This document shows, in pieces, positions 33,537 to 38,051 of a DNA stretch of 38,051 nucleotides. The position numbers and the translations under genes are program-made. This DNA is from Lentisphaeria bacterium UBA1784 (GTDB taxonomy: Bacteria > Verrucomicrobiota > Lentisphaeria > Victivallales > Victivallaceae): contig DCGG01000175.1 of NCBI GenBank assembly GCA_002315455.1, positions 1 to 38,051 of the forward strand. The letters run 5' to 3'. The number at the start of each line of letters is the position of its first letter. The stretch's first letter is position 1. Below the pieces are notes generated by a model. The model made no database searches. It saw only the letters and a program-made list of their open reading frames with translations, and was not told the origin of the DNA.

Positions 33537-34214
33537 ATGAGTGACAAGCGTGTGTTTTTGATCGCATTGGCGACCAGCGTGGCCGTGTTGGCCCTGTTTC
33601 AGGTAGGGAAGATCATCTGCTGCCGACCCTTCCGCGGATGTCCTCCGCCCCAGTGCCGGAAAATGTGCCCCATGCAGAACAAGATGCAGATGTGCCCCAA
33701 GGCCGGGATGCCGGAGTGTGCACCTGCTCCGGCCGCCTGCCCCACGGCCGGGAAAGACCTCCGCAATCCGGCGGGAGGTCCCCGTTTCTTCGTCCAGTGC
33801 CCCCAGTGCCAAACCATGATCTGCCTGCAGGACGGACTTCGCAACGGACCCCGTATGCAGCGCATGGGACACCATAACCGCCGCATGAAGGAAGGCAAAG
33901 GCGAGATGTTCCGTCAGGGCAAAAAGGGAGCCATCGACGGCCGCAAGGAGATGAAGGACCGCAAGCATCCTAAGAACGGTTTCGATGCCAAGACGCCCAA
34001 TGCTCCCGGTAAGGATGGCGTCCGTCCCCTGCCTCCCCCGGCAGATTCCATGCTGCCCGGCGAAGGACCGATTCTTCCTCCTCCCGCCGCTCCCGTTGAG
34101 GTGAAGGCCGAAGTCAAGGCCGGCGCCGCCAAAGCGGCCAAGGCCGACGTCAAGGCCGACGTCAAGGCTGAAGTCAAGACTGACGCCAAGGCGGATACAA
34201 AGGCGGCAAAGTAA
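33537..34214 (+). CDS. Hypothetical N-terminally anchored Cys/Met-rich protein with a Lys/Ala-rich repeat tail
   Basis: An AAAAGGAGA Shine-Dalgarno element lies 7 nt upstream. It has one N-terminal hydrophobic helix (VFLIALATSVAVLALF), a 13-Cys region (CCRPFRGCPPPQCRKMCPMQNKMQMCP...CPQCQTMIC) and a strong terminator just downstream. I recognise no family. Confidence 0.7.
   Translation: MSDKRVFLIALATSVAVLALFQVGKIICCRPFRGCPPPQCRKMCPMQNKMQMCPKAGMPECAPAPAACPTAGKDLRNPAGGPRFFVQCPQCQTMICLQDGLRNGPRMQRMGHHNRRMKEGKGEMFRQGKKGAIDGRKEMKDRKHPKNGFDAKTPNAPGKDGVRPLPPPADSMLPGEGPILPPPAAPVEVKAEVKAGAAKAAKADVKADVKAEVKTDAKADTKAAK
34098..34211 (+). repeat. In-frame 12-nt tandem repeat encoding (K-A-x-V)n
   Basis: Encodes EVKAEVKAGAAKAAKADVKADVKAEVKTDAKADTKAAK. 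There is a perfect DNA duplication of AAGGCCGACGTC at 34140-34151 and 34152-34163. Confidence 0.7.
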
Positions 34215-34228
34215 CGGATTCCGCCACC

Positions 34229-34266
34229 GCCCCCCTGCAGACAGTGGTCTGCAAGGGGGCTTTTTG
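34229..34266 (+). terminator. Strong intrinsic terminator
   Basis: GCCCCCCTGCAGAC-agtg-GTCTGCAAGGGGGC forms a 14-bp stem with one mismatch, followed by TTTTT (34261-34265). Confidence 0.8.
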
Positions 34267-34412
34267 ACGTTTCGGGGAGATACACTGCCGCAGTCGAATG
34301 AAACTGCCATGAGTACGAGGCCGTTTCACTCCGCCCACCGCCGGTGCGTGCGCAGAAGGATGCGCAAAGGGCACGGCTTCCGTCAAAAAAAAGGAAAAAT
34401 GGGAAGTTTTAC

Positions 34413-34441
34413 TTGCATTTTCGACAAAACGGGGTTATTTT
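34413..34441 (+). promoter_or_regulatory. Candidate promoter for tRNA-Lys
   Basis: TTGCAT (34413-34418), a 17-nt spacer, then TATTTT (34436-34441), 26 nt upstream of the tRNA 5' end. Confidence 0.3.
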
Positions 34442-34467
34442 ATAAGAATTGAGGTGTTAACTTGGTC

Positions 34468-34543
34468 GGGTTGATAGCTCAGTCGGCAGAGCATCGCCCT
34501 TTTAAGGCGGTGGTCCCGGGTTCGAGCCCCGGTCAACCCACCA
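34468..34543 (+). tRNA. tRNA-Lys (anticodon UUU)
   Basis: I folded the cloverleaf by hand. Acceptor is GGGTTGA/TCAACCC, D stem GCTC/GAGC, anticodon stem TCGCC/GGCGG with loop CTTTTAA, and T arm CCGGG-TTCGAGC-CCCGG. Discriminator A and an encoded CCA give 76 nt. Confidence 0.95.
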
Positions 34544-34619
34544 TTTTTCAGAACCATCGCCCCGGATGGGCGAAGGGGATTGCTGAAACAAACTGTTTTC
34601 AACATAAAGAGGGACAAAA

Positions 34620-34847
34620 ATGAGCAAGGTTTGCGCCATCTGCGGCAAAGTCAAGGCCAACGGCGGTCACATCACCCGCAAGGGTATGGCCAAGAAGGCC
34701 GGCGGTATCGGTATGCACGTCGTCAAGAACACGAAGCGTACCTTCGAGATTAATCTTCAGACCGTGAAAATCAACGACAACGGCACGGTCAAGAGCGTCA
34801 AGCTCTGCACCAGCTGCATTCGTACCGGGAATTTCCAGAAGGCGTAA
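34620..34847 (+). CDS. rpmB: 50S ribosomal protein L28 (long form, Thermus-like)
   Basis: MSKVCAICGK...ITRKGMAKKAGGIGMHVVKNTKRTFEINLQTVKI parallels the Thermus-type L28 as I recall it (MSKVCEISG...RRGKAKREGGVG...KRRQYPNLQKVRV). A GAGGGA Shine-Dalgarno-like element lies upstream. Confidence 0.85.
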   Translation: MSKVCAICGKVKANGGHITRKGMAKKAGGIGMHVVKNTKRTFEINLQTVKINDNGTVKSVKLCTSCIRTGNFQKA

Positions 34848-34896
34848 TTCGTCGGAGTTTCCTTCGGGGAGAGACCGCCGGTCTTTCCCCTGCCAT

Positions 34897-34937
34897 AAGC
34901 GGACGGGTTTTGCCACCTTGTCCGCTTTCGTTTTTTT
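34897..34937 (+). terminator. Intrinsic terminator after rpmB
   Basis: Stem AAGCGGAC (34897-34904) pairs with GTCCGCTT (34920-34927), followed by TCG and a T7 run (34931-34937). A GGGGAGAGACC/GGTCTTTCCCC hairpin (34866-34890) precedes it. Confidence 0.65.
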
Positions 34938-35020
34938 CAGAGGCGGAAGTCCGTTTTTTTTCGGGGGGGGAACGTTCCTTCCCTGGCCTCCGCCACCACT
35001 TGATTGAAAGGGTCGATCCA

Positions 35021-35152
35021 ATGCTGGGTCTGGGAGATTGGTGGATCTTCAGCGCCATCGTCGGCTGTCTTGCGGTGACGGCTTTCGGAGTCGTTTACGG
35101 CATCTGCAACTGGAATAAGGGCGGAGAAAATCCGCCCCGGGAGAAACGCTGA
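35021..35152 (+). CDS. Small single-pass membrane peptide (43 aa), symporter small accessory protein-like
   Basis: MLGLGDWWIFSAIVGCLAVTAFGVVYGICNWNKGGENPPREKR has one TM helix. Its stop is immediately followed by the symporter ATG (TGAATG at 35150-35155). The longer 80-aa track ORF adds an unlikely N-terminal extension over the terminator. Confidence 0.6.
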   Translation: MLGLGDWWIFSAIVGCLAVTAFGVVYGICNWNKGGENPPREKR

Positions 35153-36805
35153 ATGAGTCCGGAGTTGTCTCTTTTCGGTGCGGCCTGCAGCATGAATACC
35201 GCCGTGCTCTTTTCGCTGATCGTCCTCTACGTCCTGCTCATCGGATATCTGGGCTGGCGGGGCTGGAAGCGCACCCGCAGCGGTCAGGACTATCTGCTGG
35301 CCGGACGGTCCGTCCACCCCTTCGTCATGGCCATGAGTTACGGAGCCGCCTTCATCAGCACCTCCGCTCTCGTGGGGTTCGGCGGCATCGCGGGAGAGTT
35401 CGGGATGGGCCTCATGTGGCTGGTCTTCATGAACATCGCCTTCGGCATCGTGGTCGCCTTCCTCGGGTTCGGACGCCGCACCCGCAGCATCGGACAGAAC
35501 CTCAATGCCCAGACCTTTCCCGAATTCATCGGCAAACGTTTCCGTTCCAACGGTTTGAAGATCCTCGTCGCCCTCATCATCTTCCTTTTCATCCCCCTCT
35601 ATTCCAGCGTGGTCCTCATCAGCGGCGCCCGCTTCCTCCAGGAGGTGATGATGATCCGCTACTCCTGGGCTCTCGTGATCTTCGTCACCGTGGTCGCCAT
35701 CTACGTTATCTTCGGCGGGCTGAAGGGGGTCATGTACGTGGATGCCCTCATGGGCAGCATCATGATCTTCGGCATGCTGACGCTTCTGGTCCTCTGCTAC
35801 GCGAAACTGGGCGGCATCGTCAACGCCCATCAGGCTCTCACCGATCTCGCCCCCCTCGCCGCGGAACGGTTGCCCCATGAGTTCGCACTGGGACACCGGG
35901 GCTGGACCGTCATGCCGGAGTTCAACTCCGTCTGGTGGTGGACCCTCGTCTCCAGCCTGATGCTGGGCGTGGGGATCGGAGCCCTCGCCCAACCCCAGTT
36001 GGCGGTGCGGTTCATGACGGTGAAGAGTACCCGGGAACTGAACCGGGCAATCCTCGTGGGATCCGTCTTCATCCTCTGCACCGCAGGAAGCGCCTATATG
36101 GTGGGAGCGCTCTCCAACGTGTTCTTCTTCCACACCGACAAGGGGATCGCCTCCGGAGTCCGGCAACTGGCCATCGAAGCGGCGGGCGGCAATCCGGACC
36201 TTATCATCCCCATGTTCATCCGGGAGGCGCTGCCCAGTCTGGTGCTGTACGTTTTCTCCCTGACCATGCTCTCCGCCGCCATCTCCACCATGAGCAGTCT
36301 CTTTCACGTGACGGGAAGTTCCATCGGCCACGACCTCTGCCGGGGGATTTCCGGGATGCGCCGCGACAGTTTGCTCGCCAACCGTATCGGCGTGGCCTTC
36401 GGCATCTTCGTCAGCGTGGTCTTCGCCATGGTCCTGCCGCCGGGCTTCGTGGCCCGGGGGACCGCCATCTTCTTCGGCGTGGCGGCGGCAAGTTTTCTGC
36501 CGGCCTACGTCGCCGCGCTCTACTGGAAGCGCGCCACCCGCATTGCGGTGTGGTCCAGCATCACGGTCGGCGTGAGCGTCAGCCTTTTCGGGTTGGTATT
36601 CCTCCACCGGAAGGAGGCCGCCGGACTGGGGATCTGTCAGGCGCTCTTCGACCGGACGGAACTCATCAGCATCCATCCGTGGCCCTTCGTGGACCCCTTC
36701 GTCTATGCGCTGCCGCTTTCGATCCTGACGCTGATCGCGGTCAGTTTTTTCACTCCCAAGCCCTCGGAACAACATCTGCGGCGCTGTTTTCAACGGAACA
36801 AATGA
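35153..36805 (+). CDS. Sodium:solute symporter family (SSF) transporter
   Basis: 550 aa and polytopic. The N-terminal pattern YLLAGRSVHPFVMAMSYGAAFISTSALVGFGG is typical of SSF. An alternative start at 35192 (MNTAVLF) cannot be excluded. Confidence 0.85.
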   Translation: MSPELSLFGAACSMNTAVLFSLIVLYVLLIGYLGWRGWKRTRSGQDYLLAGRSVHPFVMAMSYGAAFISTSALVGFGGIAGEFGMGLMWLVFMNIAFGIVVAFLGFGRRTRSIGQNLNAQTFPEFIGKRFRSNGLKILVALIIFLFIPLYSSVVLISGARFLQEVMMIRYSWALVIFVTVVAIYVIFGGLKGVMYVDALMGSIMIFGMLTLLVLCYAKLGGIVNAHQALTDLAPLAAERLPHEFALGHRGWTVMPEFNSVWWWTLVSSLMLGVGIGALAQPQLAVRFMTVKSTRELNRAILVGSVFILCTAGSAYMVGALSNVFFFHTDKGIASGVRQLAIEAAGGNPDLIIPMFIREALPSLVLYVFSLTMLSAAISTMSSLFHVTGSSIGHDLCRGISGMRRDSLLANRIGVAFGIFVSVVFAMVLPPGFVARGTAIFFGVAAASFLPAYVAALYWKRATRIAVWSSITVGVSVSLFGLVFLHRKEAAGLGICQALFDRTELISIHPWPFVDPFVYALPLSILTLIAVSFFTPKPSEQHLRRCFQRNK

Positions 36806-36846
36806 CTTTCATATAACAGTAACTCATAACCAAATGGTGCAGCATC

Positions 36847-38051
36847 ATGGCATTCAAACCGGTTTCCAATCAGGTGGACTTCCCCAAACTTGAGGAAGAG
36901 ATCCTCGCCTTCTGGCAGGAGAATAAGACCTTCGAGCGCTCTCTCGAACAACGCAGACACTCCCCGGAGTTCGTCTTTTACGACGGCCCCCCCTTCGCCA
37001 CCGGACTGCCCCACTACGGACACCTGCTGGCCGGGACCATCAAGGACGTGATCCCGCGCTATCAGACCATGCGCGGCAAGTACGTGGAACGCCGCTTCGG
37101 CTGGGATACCCACGGACTTCCCATCGAGGCGCTGGCGCAGGATGCCCTCGGCATCTCCGGCACTCACGCCATCAGGGAGTTCGGCATCGACAAGTTCAAT
37201 GAGCAGTGCCGTTCCATGGTGCTCCGCTACGTCAGCGACTGGCGCAAGACCGTGACCCGCATGGGCCGCTGGGTGGACTTCGACCACGACTACAAAACCA
37301 TGCAGCCCAGTTACATGGAGACCATCTGGTGGATCTTCAAACAGCTCTGGGATCAGGGCCGGGTCTATAAGTCCTACCGGATCATGCCCTACAGCTGGAA
37401 ACTCTCCACCCCCCTCTCCAACTTCGAGGCGGGCAGCAACTACAAGGACGTGCAGGATCCCGCCGTCACCGTCCGGGTGAAGGCGCTCACCGGCCCGGAT
37501 GCGGCCTGGGGCGATACCTACCTCCTCATTTGGACCACCACCCCATGGACCCTCCCCGAAAACCTGATGATCTGCGCCGGAGCCGACGTGGATTACGTGG
37601 TCCTGCGGGATCTCACCGATCCGGCCCGCGCCTGCTACGTCATGGCGGAGGCCCGGGTGAACACCCTCTTCCGCAAGCCCGAGGAGTATGAGGTGCTGGC
37701 GAAGTTCAAGGGCGACAGGCTGAAGGGTTGGACCTACGAGCCCATCTTCCCCTACTTCGCCGACCTGAAGGCTGAAGGCGCCTTCCGGGTGCTGAACGAC
37801 AACTACGTCAGCACCGATGACGGCGTGGGCCTCGTGCACATCGCTCCCGCTTACGGAGAGGACGACTTCCGAGTCTGCCGGGAGGCGGGCATGACCGCCA
37901 TCGCCGATCCGCTGGACGCCTCCTGCAACTTCACGGACAAACTCCCGGAGTACGCCGGACGCTTCTGCAAGGACTGCGACAAGGACATCATCAAGTGCCT
38001 CAAGGCCGAGGGCAAGCTCGTCCACCAGGCGACGATCACCCACTCGTATCC
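36847..38051 (+). CDS. ileS: Isoleucine--tRNA ligase, type 2 (eukaryote-like) form, N-terminal 401 codons (3' end outside the window)
   Basis: It is not in the ORF track because it has no stop in the window. My translation from the ATG at 36847 gives MAFKPVSNQVDFPKLEEEILAFWQENKTFERSL...FVFYDGPPFATGLPHYGHLLAGTIKDVIPRYQTMRGKYVERRFGWDTHGLP, with a HIGH-type motif (HYGH). The 417-aa antisense ORF is a shadow. Confidence 0.9.
   Translation, partial: MAFKPVSNQVDFPKLEEEILAFWQENKTFERSLEQRRHSPEFVFYDGPPFATGLPHYGHLLAGTIKDVIPRYQTMRGKYVERRFGWDTHGLPIEALAQDALGISGTHAIREFGIDKFNEQCRSMVLRYVSDWRKTVTRMGRWVDFDHDYKTMQPSYMETIWWIFKQLWDQGRVYKSYRIMPYSWKLSTPLSNFEAGSNYKDVQDPAVTVRVKALTGPDAAWGDTYLLIWTTTPWTLPENLMICAGADVDYVVLRDLTDPARACYVMAEARVNTLFRKPEEYEVLAKFKGDRLKGWTYEPIFPYFADLKAEGAFRVLNDNYVSTDDGVGLVHIAPAYGEDDFRVCREAGMTAIADPLDASCNFTDKLPEYAGRFCKDCDKDIIKCLKAEGKLVHQATITHSY

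Noticed and set aside
34215-34620. tRNA-Lys as a possible genomic-island integration site
   Set aside because: There is no integrase, no direct repeat of the tRNA 3' end that I could find, and no accessory genes on either side. The neighbours are rpmB and a terminator-bounded gene.
34937-38043. 618-aa and 417-aa minus-strand ORFs opposite the SSF symporter and ileS
   Set aside because: The same shadow-ORF signature applies. The plus strand encodes a polytopic SSF protein and an IleS N-terminus with a HIGH-type motif.
1-38051. Searched for CRISPR arrays, transposases or integrases, toxin-antitoxin pairs and known defence-system domains
   Set aside because: There are no regularly spaced direct repeats, no IS-type inverted repeats and no recognisable nuclease, helicase, methylase or TIR/SIR2-type ORFs. 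The only tandem repeat is the in-frame 12-nt repeat at 34098-34211.

Overview
High-GC (about 62-68% by spot counts) bacterial chromosome segment. It is probably from the PVC superphylum (Lentisphaerota, Verrucomicrobiota or Planctomycetota), because it encodes a prepilin-leader protein with the H-X9-DG motif. All family calls come from reading motifs in the translations; no database search was possible. Most of the window is housekeeping: purU, hpt, an HPr-like gene, murC, gpsA, galE, sfsA, tRNA-Lys(UUU), rpmB, and an ileS 5' part that is missing from the ORF track. It also holds transporters (MFS, and a sodium:solute symporter with a small accessory peptide) and carbohydrate or envelope genes. 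The best candidate for an undescribed system is a lower-GC block at about 2.7-11.3 kb. Its core is a nine-ORF, translationally coupled minus-strand operon (10997 down to 4006). In order it encodes a NeuD/PglD-type acyltransferase, ACP, KAS III, an SDR ketoreductase, an adenylate-forming ligase, a 37-codon GT2 remnant, a sugar-transfer-associated ATP-grasp, a DltC-like carrier and a MATE/MOP exporter. This operon converges on, and overlaps by 6 bp, a LicD phosphotransferase / TagD-like cytidylyltransferase pair. No sugar-nucleotide pathway or initiating transferase lies in the block, so the acceptor is unknown. Other points worth a second look: two TPR-fused membrane glycan enzymes (GT-C/PMT-like and Wzy_C-like); an orphan mcsA-mcsB pair without ctsR or clpC, followed by about 630 bp of non-coding DNA with a clustered CGCAAYGC motif that recurs upstream of the acyl operon; and a Cys/Met-rich anchored protein with a KAxV tandem-repeat tail. 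No CRISPR array, transposase, integrase or recognisable defence gene was seen. The many long Arg/Gly/Pro-rich antisense ORFs are treated as high-GC shadow ORFs.
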